Shown here piece by piece: positions 26,235 to 39,074 of a stretch of 64,000 nt of DNA. Under the pieces are notes generated by a model. That model was not told the DNA's origin. It saw only the letters and a list, made by a program, of their open reading frames with translations, and made no database searches. Position numbers and translations under genes: made by a program. The DNA lies in contig NW_024704743.1 in NCBI RefSeq assembly GCF_018977255.1, forward strand, positions 21,082,001 through 21,146,000, written 5' to 3'. This stretch comes from Callorhinchus milii. Lineage: Eukaryota. Within the stretch, counting starts at the first letter, position 1; each line of letters begins with the position of its first letter.

Positions 26235-26770
26235 CTAACAGTCAGGAAGATTGTAATAAATTTCAGGAGGACTTGGCTGGAGAGATGGTAGATTAAATAT
26301 CATGCAGAAAATTTTGAGGTTATGCAATTTGGAAAGAAGAATAAGGAGTGGCATAAACCACATAGTGAAATTTTAAAAGGAGCAAAAGAGCAGATAGACT
26401 GGGGGAGTTTTCGTACAAAAATCCTTAAAAGTAGGAAGGCAAGTGGACTAAGCTGTGAAGAAAGCTAATGGGATATGATAATAGGTTTTATAAAAAAAGG
26501 AGCATAGAATCTATGAGGTGAATTGTAACCTACATAAATCATTGGTTAGAACACAGTTAGGAGAATTGTGTCCAGTTTTAGTCACCACACTCTAGAAAGG
26601 ATGTAAATGCCTTAGAGTGGGTGCAAAAGAGGTTTATTAGCATGGTACCAGGGATGAGTGATTTGACGTAAGAGCTGAGATTAGAGGAACTGTGCCTATT
26701 TTCACTGATGTAGAGAAGGTTGAAGAGAGACCAGGCAGAGGTCTTTCAAATTTAGGTTTCATAGACCTGA
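26235..26770 (+). mobile_element. CR1 LINE fragment, old
   Basis: TGTGTCCAGTTTTAGTCACCACAC...GCCTTAGAGTGGGTGCAAAAGAGGTTTA encodes decayed CVQFWSP and LE.VQKRF motifs. Confidence 0.8.
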
Positions 26771-28489
26771 TAGGGAATTAGGCAAGAAGGAGAGAGTGGG
26801 CATTCCAATTTGTTATTGGTATTTAATGTGTTTTTAACCTAGATTCTGACCAGTACCATAGCACTTCATCCATCTGTGCCATGCTATAGCTAACTTAAAA
26901 ACAAAACTACCTTCTGAAAATGGTCTCGCGTCACTTCTCTTAGTTGAAATTGATCCATAATTGTGCTTTAGTTTTCCGCCAGTTCAATGTGCTGTTCAAC
27001 ACAAAATGTACCCTAATAAGTATCACATTCATTAATAATTGATTCCTCAGTGACTACTCTTGCACATTGGTTGCTAATCCCTGATTAGTTGTGCTGTGTC
27101 ACTTTGTATTTGCACACTCTTTTTCAAGAACGTACTTAGCTCTCTTTAAAGCAATAGAATGGTTCTGGTACCCTGGGGTAAAGTAGCAATTTGTTTCTCG
27201 TTTCTAACATCGGAGGTAATTACTCGAGACCTCGTTCTATTCTCAGTTGCTGTTTGTTTCAGTACAATAACCCCCTGATGCTCCATTTAGTGGCATCTCC
27301 ATGGAAACCTAATGATATTGGTACTGTGTAAACAAAAGGAGCACTGAGGACTCTTCAGTAATATTATATTGACTTGTGGTAGTTCTCAATTTTCAATGAT
27401 CCTTGTAATTTACATATTTCATCCAGGGATGCCACCCAGAGGAATAATTAAAATGTACCATTTTTTCTGCTTGAAGAATCCGCTCCCAAAATAAATTGGA
27501 GAGAAATATTTGCTACATTTGTGATTAAATGACACTGCTGTCGTCTCCTTGACCTTGGGTAACTTTTTCAGCGTCCAGTTCTGCTTATGGTAAATCATTT
27601 CGCCCACAAAATATACAGTCAATTCACTTTAGAGTATATTCTGTGAAGCACTATGAAACGTCTTGAAGACGTGATAAGGCGCTACATCAAATGCTAGGAT
27701 TATTCTTATTATCATTATAATGCAGTTTTAACTGGCCTTCCTGAGCATTATTCCTCAACAGCATTTGCAGCTAAATGTCAGCATAAAGCTGAGTCGTAGC
27801 TCGTGTAATCAAAACATTGTATTGTATTGTATTTGAACGATTTTCATGGCAGGTTCTGGTTTTGATAAAACTCTGTAATAAGAGCCTACCATGAGATTAT
27901 TACTGATGATATAGTGCTACAGAAATAATAGGGGTGAAAAATGCAGTATGTGATGTGATAAATATCCCCCTGATATCTATCAGAGTTGGTAGTTATCACA
28001 TTGGCAAAAGGTGCAATCCAGACCTGTCTTTAGTTAGTGTTTAGTTTGAGAGGGAATAGGTCTTTCCTAGCCCCCACTTTCTTTAACCCCAGGAATGGGT
28101 TGGTCCGAAGCTGCCACAGATTGCCGCAGACCCAACATCTTTGTAGCAGCCGTTACAGCCGAAAACGTTCATTGATTTTCATTCCGGGATAATTCACTCA
28201 AACGTGTGGTCGATACTTGAAAAGAAAAAATTGCAAGGCTGTGGGGAAAGAGCGGGGTAGTGGAATCATTGGATAGCTCTTTCAAAGAACTGTTACAGGC
28301 ATGAAGAGCCGAATGGCCTCATTCGTTGCTGTAGGATTGTATAATTCAGCTCCACTTCCCGCAACAGCCGCCCTGTGGCCCTACTAAGAAAAATGGCCAG
28401 ACTACTGGGAAATGGGTTTCAATGGCTTCAGCTCATTTTGTGTAGGATGTTTGCAACCGAGAGTAAATCCTCCAACACACACACCCTTC

Positions 28490-28745
28490 CCAATCTACCT
28501 GTTCAGGTGGATGTTAAAGAACAAATTACACTATGCGAAAAGAGAAGGGAGTTTCTCCTGGTGTCCTGCAATCCCCCAATTAAAACTGATCATTGAATTC
28601 ATGGATATTTGTAGGACATTGCTGTGTGCCAATTGGGTACCAGGTTCACCTACAAAATACAATCACACCATTACCGTAAACCTGTGAAGTTCTTTGACAC
28701 ATTGTTCTGATGTGAAAGGCAATATATCAAATGCAAGGATTTTTT
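28490..28745 (+). mobile_element. DeuSINE (family B), 3' part
   Basis: CCTGTTCAGGTGGATGTTAAAG...GGTGTCCTG core and tail. Confidence 0.8.
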
Positions 28746-30039
28746 TTGTGTAATGCAAACTCTACACATTGTTCAGAATTATATTGATAACTTTAAACTG
28801 GTTGTTTCTCAATTCTTTCCTGAACACCGGGAGTGATTTTCTTGCACAGAGGTCACTTGAGTCTTCTTCCATGTTCGCAGTCAATTACTCTAAATCCTTT
28901 CCTTAAGATTTAATTAATGTTTCTTTAGGTTACCACTTTAGGAGTAATAAATATTCATTAACCTTATCCCAGGGAATTCAAACAGAAGTATTGTATATGT
29001 CTTGAGGAGCCAGTTAAGCATATTTCTGTTGCAAAGATATATCAAAAAGCAAATACTGCTGGCACATGTGCAATTTGTTCTAGCCGCTGCTCACAACCTC
29101 TGCTAGTAACTGTCACGTCCCCAATGGCTAAATAAGGTCCACACGGGTCAGTGATTGGAAAGCTGTGTGCATGGATATTCATTTGACTGCCTGACTCTGA
29201 CTAAATGAAAATATCACAGCCCTGTTTCATAAGTAGGGTTCAATTTTTCCGAATATCTGAACGGATTTCTGAATTAAGATGTGGTTTTCTTAATTACTTG
29301 AGTGGGGACTCCTTACCACAAGTGGAAGTATATCATACAGGCACAGTGACTCCAGTCACTGCAACAAACAGATTGAATTGGGGAGGCATTCCCACGGGTC
29401 AGTGGCACACACTTACAGATTTTTTAATGAAGAAATCCGTTAAGAAATACTGTAATCCCTGTGCCTTCCCCCCATAGATGCAATCATACATAGTTCTAGT
29501 TACACTTTAAATCCATATTGGAATTAGTCAATCTGCTTCAGCATTTATAGCCCCTAACTCTTTCATTATGCCAGTAATTCCCTTTGCACCTTTGGTGTTT
29601 AAAGGAATCCAGCACAGCTGCTTCCAAGCTTTGTGTTTTGCTGTTTTGTCATTTAACTGTTCAGTTACTCCTCTGCTGTCGATCCTTTGAAAATACGGAG
29701 ATGTAGATCCTTAATTTCTAATCCACTTAAATCTCCATTTTAGCCATTTGCTTGTTTAATACAGTATCACAAGAGAATAAACACAGCTGGGACCTGACAT
29801 TTTCCTGTGTTTATTGCTGTACCAGTCTCCTGCCAGAAGGAAGCATATGGAATCAACTACTCTAAATTTACACTGTTTGTGGTGGTATCTCAACGTTTGA
29901 TTTTACTCCAATATCCATTTTTATTAAAATGAGATTTATTATGGTTTTTTAATCACATAAATCAGCATCTTACAATAAGGCACTAAGATGTAGCACTAAT
30001 ACTGTCTATGTTTAGCCAATAAGAAGTATGAACTTACTT

Positions 30040-30147
30040 TATAATAATAATAAATAATAATAATTCTTACATTTGATATAGCGCTTTTCACGTCTTCTTG
30101 ACGTCTCAAAGCGCTTCACAGAGTAGACTGTAAAGTGAATTGACCAT
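30040..30147 (-). mobile_element. SINE tail fragment abutting the L2 5' junction
   Basis: (AAT)n plus antisense tail hairpin and CTGTAAAGTGAATTGAC. Confidence 0.85.
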
Positions 30148-30167
30148 ATATCCACATGTTGTGGATA

Positions 30168-31550
30168 TCACCAATGATATCCTGACCATCTGTGACCAGG
30201 GCTCCCTCTGTCTCCTCGTCCTCCTCGACCTATCGGCAGCATTCGATACGGTCGACCACGCTATCCTACTCCACCGCTTGTCCTCCCACCTCAACCTTCA
30301 AGGCACTGTCCTTGAATGGTTTAGCTCTTACCTTTCCCACCGTCTTCACTTCGTCTCAACGAATGGCTTCTCCTCCACCCCCCGTACTGTCTCATGTGGT
30401 GTCCCTCAGGGCTCTGTCCTCGGTCCCCTCCTCTTCACCCTCTATATGCTCCCCCTCGGTGACATCATCCGCAAACATGGGGTTAACTTCCACATGTATG
30501 CGGATGACACCCAACTCTACCTTTCCTCCTCTACTCTCAACTCCACGACCACCGATGTCCTGACAGCCTGCCTGTCCGACATCGAGTCCTGGACGAGAGA
30601 CAACTTTCTTCAGCTCAACGTGCGAAAAACCGAGGCCCTCCTGATTGGCTCACGTCAGCGCCTCCGCACCTCAGGCGCTGACACCATCAGCATCCAAGGC
30701 TGCACTCTCCACCTCTCAAAGCCAGTCAGGAACCTCGGCGTTTTGTTCGACCCTGAGCTGTCCTTTCTCCCTCACATCCGCACCACAACTGGCACCGCCT
30801 TCCATCACCTCCGGAATATCGCCAGATTACGGCACTACCTCACCCCTCACGCCGCTGAAACCCTGGTTCACGCCTTTGTCACCTCAAGGCTGGACTATGG
30901 GAACTCTCTCCTCGCCGGCCTTCCCGGCACCTCCCTCCACAAGCTGCAGGTCATTCAGAACTCTGCAGCTCGTGTACTGTCCCGCACCAGGCTTCGCGAT
31001 CACATCACTCCCACCCTCGCTCGCCTCCACTGGCTCCCCATCCCCCAGAGGATTGATTTCAAGATCCTCATCCTCACCTACAAGGCCATTCACGGCCTTG
31101 CTCCCTCCTACCTCTCCAACCTACTATCCCCCTACCTACCTGCCCGTACCCTCCGTTCCTCTGGCTCCGGTCTGCTCCACGTCCCCCGCCCCAACCGCCC
31201 TACTATCGGTGGTCGGGCCTTCAGCCTCTCAGCCCCAGGCTCTGGAACTCCATCCCCCAGTGCCTTCGCCGCTTCCTCCCTTTCCTCCTTCAAGGCCGGT
31301 CTCAAAACCTTTCTCTTTGACCGTGCCTTCAGCTCCCCTCTCGACTCTCTTCCTCCTCCTCGCTCCCTCCCTTCCCTCCCCTCACCCTGACCATTTCCCC
31401 CTCCTCTCTCCCTCCCTTCCCTCCCCTCACCCTGACCATTTCCCCCCTGCTCGGGTCATGACCCAACTGTGCAGCGCCTTGGGACGTCCTCCTGACGTGA
31501 AAGGCGCTCTATAAATGGAATCTTGTTGTTGTTGTTGTTGTTGTTGTTGT
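30168..31550 (+). mobile_element. Young L2 LINE, 5'-truncated, uninterrupted RT/C-terminal ORF2 (ORF 30140-31390)
   Basis: 416-aa open frame with [44 protein letters not shown] and LHWLP; CpG-rich; clean (TTG)n tail. Confidence 0.98.
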
Positions 31551-32317
31551 GCTGGTGGGAGTTGTCCTCAAACAATCAAACCTATAGAGAGTCACAAAAC
31601 TCTGGATTTGGTTCAATGTTTCATGTTATCCATGTTAACTCCCGGTGTCCCACCAGTTTCTCCCAGTATCCTGGCCAACATTGGTCATTCACTTTACGGC
31701 TTTTTATAAGACACTACTGTGCACAAATGACCTGCCCTGTACAACTACAAAGCACACAGTCACTGCACTTTATAGTAATTCCTGTAAAGCACTTTGAGAC
31801 ATATTCCTGATGCGAAAGGCGCTTTATCAAATGCAAGAATTATTTTAATTATATTTTGAGAGGCTCTTTTGGACAGCGTGGAATTTACTTGCATAACTAT
31901 TCAACCCCCTTGGCGAGCTAAATAATCCAGGTAGGTAACGGTTAACACTCTGATTACTGCATATGCACGTGCTTGTTCATATGCAGTGATTTTTTTGAAA
32001 AGGACTTAAGCTTTCTTCAATCACTTCCTGTTAACCAGCCAAAACGAAAAGCATGTAGGAGGAAAAAAAGCCACTGTGTGTGGGTGTGAATCGGCTAGAG
32101 TAGAGAAGGACCAGCTGGTGTGCAATCCTGTTTTTTGAGAGCTGGAATTGTGCAGTGAAGCCTTTAAGTGTGTTTGTCGCCAGTGAACTCCAGAATTCTC
32201 GATTTCTTTGGGAATAAGGTTGATTGATTGAAATGACATTCCACTGGAATCGAATATGTGGGGATTTCTAAAGGGATTGCCTAATTGCAAGTGCAGACTT
32301 TTTCTGGCAATAACAAC

Positions 32318-33038
32318 AACATAGAAACAGGAGTAGGCCATTCAGCCTCTTCAGCCTGTTCTGCCATTCCATAAAGTCATGGCTGATCTGTATCTCAACT
32401 CCAATTACCCGTCCTTGCCCCATATGCCTTGAAACCCTGAGCTAATAAATCTATCTCCTCAGTCTTGAAAATGTGAATGGATCCAGCATCCACAACCTTT
32501 TGGGGAAGAGAGTTCCAGATTTCCAATACCATTTAGGTGAAAAATTGCCTCATGATTTCACTCGTAAATGGCCAGGCTCTAATTTTAAGATTTAGCCCCT
32601 CTAGTTCTAGATTTCGCCACCAGAGGAAATAGTTTAAATGTATCTACCCTATTGAATCCTTTTATTATTTTAAAAACCTCAATTAAGTCAGCCCTCAATC
32701 TTCTAAACTCAAGGGAATAAAGACCAAGTTTGTGCAACCTGTCCTCATAATTTAACCCTTTAAGCCCTTGTATCATTCTGGTGAATCTGCGCTGCACCCC
32801 CTCCAGAGCCAACATATCCTTCCCAAGGTGCAGTTCCCAAAACTGAACACAGTTCTTCAGATGGGGTCTGACAAAGCCTCTATGTAGTTGAAGCATCATT
32901 TCCTCTCCTTTCATATTCCACACCAACATCCCATTAGCCTTTTTGATAACTTTTCGCAGTTGTCAGCTTGGTTTTAGTGATTTGTGTAAGTGGACATCCA
33001 AATCCCTTTCCTCCTCCATGGTTCTTAGTTTCTCACCA
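32318..33038 (-). mobile_element. CR1 LINE, 5'-truncated
   Basis: ORF 32585-32929 (VRPHLKNCVQFW...LEGVQRRFTRMI.GL...RRLRADLIEVFK) and 3' end GGCCTACTCCTGTTTCTATG. Confidence 0.95.
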
Positions 33039-33749
33039 CGGAGTCCACTCACCTAATAATTTGGTCATTCAATCCACGACTGTTTCTGGGACATTGCTGT
33101 GCGCAATAGCTGCTGTGTTTCACCCTAACCCTAACTGTGAATGGTAGAACTGGGGAGAACAGTGAGGAGTGCATTAGGGAAGATATCATCCCCTCTTCTC
33201 TATCTAGCCTGGGAGCACAGTCCTTCAGGGGGGCATCTATCTTTTCCTCTCACACAGATATAGGAAGTATTGAATCATGCTAGTGAGTACACAGGAAGTC
33301 AGCAGTTGAGAATCATTAAGTGAATAACCAATTTTATCTGGGGAATTGTTGACTAACAGGGAGAAACTCCCTTTTACGCCTCTGCCAGTATCTTTATACC
33401 AAGTCCTATGCTCTGCACCGCCAACTGAACTATAGTTTTATGTTGTTCCAAAGAACTGTATGTATACAACACATATGTTCCTCAGAAAATCACACAATTT
33501 CCTACGTTCCTACAATTTCCTATGTTAAGACATTTGTCCCAAAACAGGTGGAAACATGAGGCCCTTTCCATGCCATGGGTTGGATAACACAACCATATAA
33601 CAAAACCATCAATGCAAATAGCCCACAAGAATTTTGCATGTAAATTTACTAACCGCATCTTATTCAACTCTCCAATTTACAGGTCTAATCTAAAATTACA
33701 TTTGCTATGTATTGCATAGAATTTCACCCCCCCAATATTATCACCAGCG

Positions 33750-34112
33750 ATAATAATAACAATAATAATAATCCTTGCATTTGATATAGCGCATCATCAG
33801 GTCTTTGAAACGTTTCAAAGCACTTCACAGAATATACTGTAAAGTGAATTGACTGTATAATGCAGCAACCAATTGTGCACAGCAGTGTCCCACAAACAGT
33901 CGTGGATTGAAGTGACCAATCTTTTTGAAGGAATTGTTACCTCCGGAAAAGCGATCCGTTAATCGACTAGCAACTGGGTTCCTAATTACTGTTCGGTAAA
34001 CAAAGGCATGTGGAGTAAGGAAATTTGCCCAACATTTTGTCCTGCCGGGAATCAAACCCAGGTCTCTTGCTTGCGAGGTGAGTGCTCTAACCACTGAACC
34101 ACAGGACTCTAC
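33750..34112 (-). mobile_element. SINE family A (long subfamily), full length
   Basis: tRNA-like head, middle segment, shared body and (ATT)n tail. Confidence 0.92.
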
Positions 34113-37059
34113 ATAGTTACAACATATCACTATATTTCACTTTATAGCTTGTTATGATGCCACAAAGAATGTGGTATTATTACATGGCCTCCACCGAACA
34201 TCATTCTGGTGTACAATAATCAATCACCTTAAGAAATCCTCTCTCTGAATGTGAAACTTGCTGCCAGCTTCAAAAGTAATTGAAAAGTTATGAATTTCCT
34301 GCTGATTAACTTGGAATCGTACAGTTTTATGCTTTATTCTTTTAAATATATTCGGTCGTGAAATAACTAATTGGCACGTATGGTGCTACATCTATGAACT
34401 GCAGAGCACAGTGCAGACATCATTAATAAATTTCCTAAATTGCTTGTGACACCATTGAATGAGGATGTGGAAACGAAGCCACTCATCCCTTCCTTCATTC
34501 TGAACTTCTTTAAAAACAACCATGAGACTATCAAATTAAAAGATATGCTATCATTATGGAATACATGTTTGCAAGCATAGCATTTTTTTCCTCAAAATGC
34601 TACACCATAGACTCAAATTCTAGTGCAAGCGTCTTTGTGTCTCCAATGTTATTGTGACAAAGAAATGGTGTGTGGCTGTTCTTCTGTTTTGCCTTCTTAA
34701 CGACTGGCTCGCTGGAGTCCCACTCATAGGGTTTCAAATTTCCACCTCAAAGTTTTGATAACAATAGGTGCTGTCAACTTGTTTCCTGTCAGATTTGTAG
34801 TTTCAAGAGTAAATCTTTGATCAGCAATTGTTTAATGGTGGATGGGTCAGTAGATTGGAAAGCAGTAATGAAGCTATTCAGATGGAGCTGATCCTCCTCT
34901 TGAGCTGTTTATAGCCAGTGAACATAGAAACTTAACACACAAATTCCACTCCTCCCAATTTGTGCCTCCATGGGAGACCACTGCAGGAAATCCTCCACAT
35001 GTTTTCCTTCAGCAATGTTAAGTTCACAAGGAAGTTTCCTGTTCCTTCAAACTTCTTCATGGCGTAATGCGATCTAGAGAAGGATGCATCTCAACAGGAA
35101 CACACAGGCATATTTCAAAGCGACATGATGATCCTGTTTAATGAGAAGCTAGTCCTAGCAGGTTGCATGACAGATCTGAATGTGAAAGCAACTACAGACA
35201 CAAAAGGACCATAAATGCAGCAGGCTTGAGTGGTTTGAAGAACCTTTCCACATTACTCAGGAAGTAAAACGCAATCAACCTCTTTGTGGATTTGTGTAGT
35301 ATTTAAGCTACCCTGGAAGGTAGGTATGTAATCCTTCTGTTTATAACCAATCATTATTTGCTCATGAATCTTGTAAACTCTACATCCTCTGTCAATCTGA
35401 AATACTGCAATTGTATGAATGGTGCAATAGAAAAGTTATTCATTTCCCTGTGATGCACACAACTGAATGGATCCCAATTGTGCACCTTATCTGGATTTCC
35501 TCAGACTTCTAAATAAGTCAACATCTCTTTTGTTACCTGCTTCCAAAGTTCTTTAGAAACATGTTTTTTTGGTTATAAAAATACTTCCTGCCTGATTTGT
35601 CCAAGCTTTGAAAGAAAGCTGTAAGTTATTACTTTTGTAAGGAACATTTCAACAACTGTCGGCATCTTTACGGTTCCAGATGGAAAACTGAGAAAGTCAA
35701 TGGAGCCCCAACACATGGGTACTACTTTCTGCTGCCCTTTTAGTTGGTAAAGACTTGTCCCATTACATATTTATCATTAGGGCGTTTCCTGGCCGCATTG
35801 GGTTTTACTTGTAATTACATTCAGTGAGTAATTATTTGAGGCTGCACCATGTTAACTGCAGCTCTGGTTTGGACCCCCCCCCCCACTTCCTCGAGGGGAT
35901 GTGATTAAAGTCAGTGGGTTAATGTGATTTAAATACTTAAAAGCACTGCAGTAAACTTGTGAAATTCAGGCAAAGGGCCTGTTGCAAGTTAAAAACATAA
36001 CATCAGTGCTGTGGGAATTACCCACTGTGTAACTTGTGCTTTCTGGCAATTCAGTGTGACTTTTGCAGTAACAGCATAAAAAACTGCCAGTGCTTTTGCA
36101 CCCCAAGACTGCGAATGGAGATGTAAAGCAAATTCTGCAGGAACCATGAGTAAGTAATTTAGTTGCATTGCTGTGCTTGTAAAAGGAGAGCTGTCTTGCA
36201 CTAAGCTGTACAGAAATCCAGGAACATATTATGTTGTGGATTTTTAGACTTTGTGTATTTGTGGAATGCTAGATTCTTGCATAGCTTTTAATCTGACAGG
36301 ATAATAAGACAGAACTTGAAATTCTGACTGCATTTATGAATATTGATGAAGAGCAGTGAAGGTGCACACAAAGTTGTGTTCTGGTACGTCGCCAGAGATC
36401 TTTCTGTTCTGCAGTAACCTATAATTCTGCAGTAGCCTGTAACTCAAAGAGCTGTGAGGATGAAAGGTTTAACAGAGCTGTTGGTCTATATTGTTTAGAA
36501 TGGGTTTACTGGAAATCCTGCCGGCTCCACTACATTCCTCCTTTTGTTTGACGGGGGATTTCCTTGGAATGCTGTGACTAATGACCATGAAGTCTCCTGA
36601 GGTAATGGGTGAGAATGTTCAGTCTGTAAGGATGTTAACAGGCATTTGAACAGTGTGTGTGTATGTGTGTATTTATGTGTATGAGTGAGGTATGTGGTGG
36701 GGGGAGGTCAGATCATGTAAAAGGAAAAGGGGGCCACTCACACCGAGGATACATTCCCAGCATATTTATTACATATGTGGAATTTGCAATTAACTTCTTA
36801 AACATTAGGGTCAGGTCTGGTCGGTAAAACTGAAAGTTGGCTCCAATAAAGCTCGAGTGTAATTTATGTGGATGTTGCAGTTGTGTGTGTTGTCAGGCAG
36901 TTGACAAAAATATTTCAATTTGCATGCTTGTTTGAGTCCATTAAGATTCTTGGCTTTGATTATTACAAATTGTCCAACTGTGTTAATATTTAACTTTTGG
37001 CTGAATCTTAATAAAAGATGGCAGGGGTCAACAAAGTTGTTAGAAACCTTTTCAGCCAC

Positions 37060-37345
37060 CTGCAATGACGCAGTAACGCTTCTTTATGCTCAAAGGTTTT
37101 GCTTGGACTTGCAAATAGAATGCACTGATGAAAAGCTTTAGCAGTTCAACAAATAAATACTTAGCGTCAAAATTGCATCTAACTGAGGCGAAGGTTTGAC
37201 ATTTGAAAAGTGACGTACAGTAGTTGTGGCTGACAACCCCCAGAGTCTTTGCTTCAAGCATTTCTCACAGAGCTGCGTCACTTGTTAATCATACAGGCGA
37301 AACTCTCAGCTAGAACATTAGCACGGACACCAGTATAAAAAGGCG
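37060..37345 (+). promoter_or_regulatory. Candidate promoter: four CRE half-sites upstream of a TATA box
   Basis: TGACG at 37066 and 37211, CGTCA at 37165 and 37276, TATAAAAAG at 37334-37342, in sequence with no recognisable repeat. Confidence 0.35.
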
Positions 37346-38988
37346 TGCAGTATTAAAAGGTTTGTGTTTCTTTTGCCACAGGGAGTAAGGCAAGTGTTTT
37401 GCTCCAGAGCTCTGGCCAGCACTTTTAAACCACTTTGCGAGATGACTGCATAAACTCTGAACTTGTGCTCTGTACTGTGAACGTTTTCCAGTCTGGCTTA
37501 ATGGACAATCACTAAGATCCCTGAAGGCAGCGTAACCAACCACTCAGTGTGTCCTGGAACAATTATTTTCCCTTTTGGAACATGTACAGGAAGAGAAGGA
37601 GACGTTTCTCTGGACTCCTGTTGTGCCAAGATCTGTAGAGAAGAGTAAAAACGCAGCTGTGTCACACTAACTGGACAATGTTTTTTGAGCTGTAAATCAA
37701 GATTCTACATGCTAGATTGGGGTAGGTGATTGGAGCGAGTTAACAGCAGATGCCTAGCATAAACCATGCCTTGATTTGCAAAAGAAATTTGGGGGTAGCG
37801 GTGGTTGTGAGAGGAGGTGGGGGGGAGGAAATCTGTGCTGAAGTAATGGCAGCTTTTAGCCAACAATTGCACAAGATCTGATCTGCTTTTCACCTGCGAA
37901 GTACACAGTCACTACACTTTACAGAATACCATGTGCAGATCATTAAGACGTCTTACAGTTGTGAAAAGCACTGTATCAACCAGTGGGACGTCTTCCTGAC
38001 GTGAAAGGCGCTACACAAATGTAATTTGCTGTTGTGATTGTGTTTATATAGCAACCTTCATATAGGGTAACTTTAGAGTGCTTTACATAGACAGGGTTTG
38101 TTAGTGGAGGAGGAGGAGGATGGGAGAAATCGGAGAGATAAGGAGGTGCAAAGGTAAGGAGGGATGTATAGGTGTGGATCTTGAAATTCATTCACTGGAA
38201 GACAGGGAAACGGAGGGTGGAGCAGTGGCGAGGACTGGGGTGCTGGGCCCAAATGCAAATGCTAAATTCCAAGGATATAAATCAATCAACTTCTAATATA
38301 TTGTGTTTTAAAACGCGAGATTATTTTGCCATCTGGAATAAAAACAAGCAGCCTGAAATGTTAGGAAGGTACAAATCAAAATGAAAATTTCAGAACAAAC
38401 AAGTGAAAAATGTCACGCTTTAAACAGTAAGGTGATGTGAAAGCAATCAAGGCTGCTTGATGTTGGCATTTTGATCACATATGGTTGCACAGATGTGTCT
38501 GGTCCATTCAAAGGCTGGTTCTGTATTGGCCATGTTCCAGTGTTGGCAGAGTTGAATTACATTGAACACGAGTCAAATATTTATAATCAAGTGAGTGCTG
38601 AGTAATATTATAATGAAGCTTACAGTTCTAGAGTTGCAGCATTTATATACAGTGCAAGTATTTCCTCTAGTTGTGGGGGAAAGGATTCAATGCCAAAAAG
38701 GGGTTTTAAAGGAAGGAAGCTTTAAAGGCTGAACTACTGTATTTCTTGATCCTCATTGCAGAAGCAGATGGTGCTGCTTAAAGGAAAGCAATGATATTTG
38801 TCACATTCTGAAAACCTTGTTGGTGCTCGCTCTGCAAAATGGTGAAAGGAAATGGCTTTGTGATGAATACATTTTCTTTACTCTGTGAAGGATATTGGCA
38901 ATGCTACTGTGGGTAGATATTTTACCTGGGTCTAGGTTTACTTTGTTAACATAGCATTTCAGAGCGTCCAGAATTTGTTAAATTTTTA

Positions 38989-39074
38989 AATCCAGGTCTT
39001 TACTTTTGAAGCCATTTTTCTGTTAGTTTTTTTTAAGCACTACAGAAAACGGGCTTCAGGGTTAAAACTGGATT
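38989..39074. repeat. Palindromic core of an old MITE-like family
   Basis: Imperfect inverted arms of about 35 bp; related to 9026-9108, 6929-6945 and about 60770-60830. Confidence 0.6.

Noticed and set aside
27953..28001. Imperfect hairpin ATGTGATAA...TTATCACAT
   Set aside because: Short, AT-rich and mismatched; not distinguishable from a transposon relic or chance.
30140..31390. 416-aa reverse transcriptase ORF as a host gene, retron or other novel RT system
   Set aside because: It is a 5'-truncated L2 ORF2 with no endonuclease, a typical L2 tail and sibling copies in the window; its first codons come from flanking sequence.
31515..31810. Poly-Cys and poly-Leu ORFs resembling a signal peptide
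   Set aside because: They translate the (TTG)n tail of the L2.
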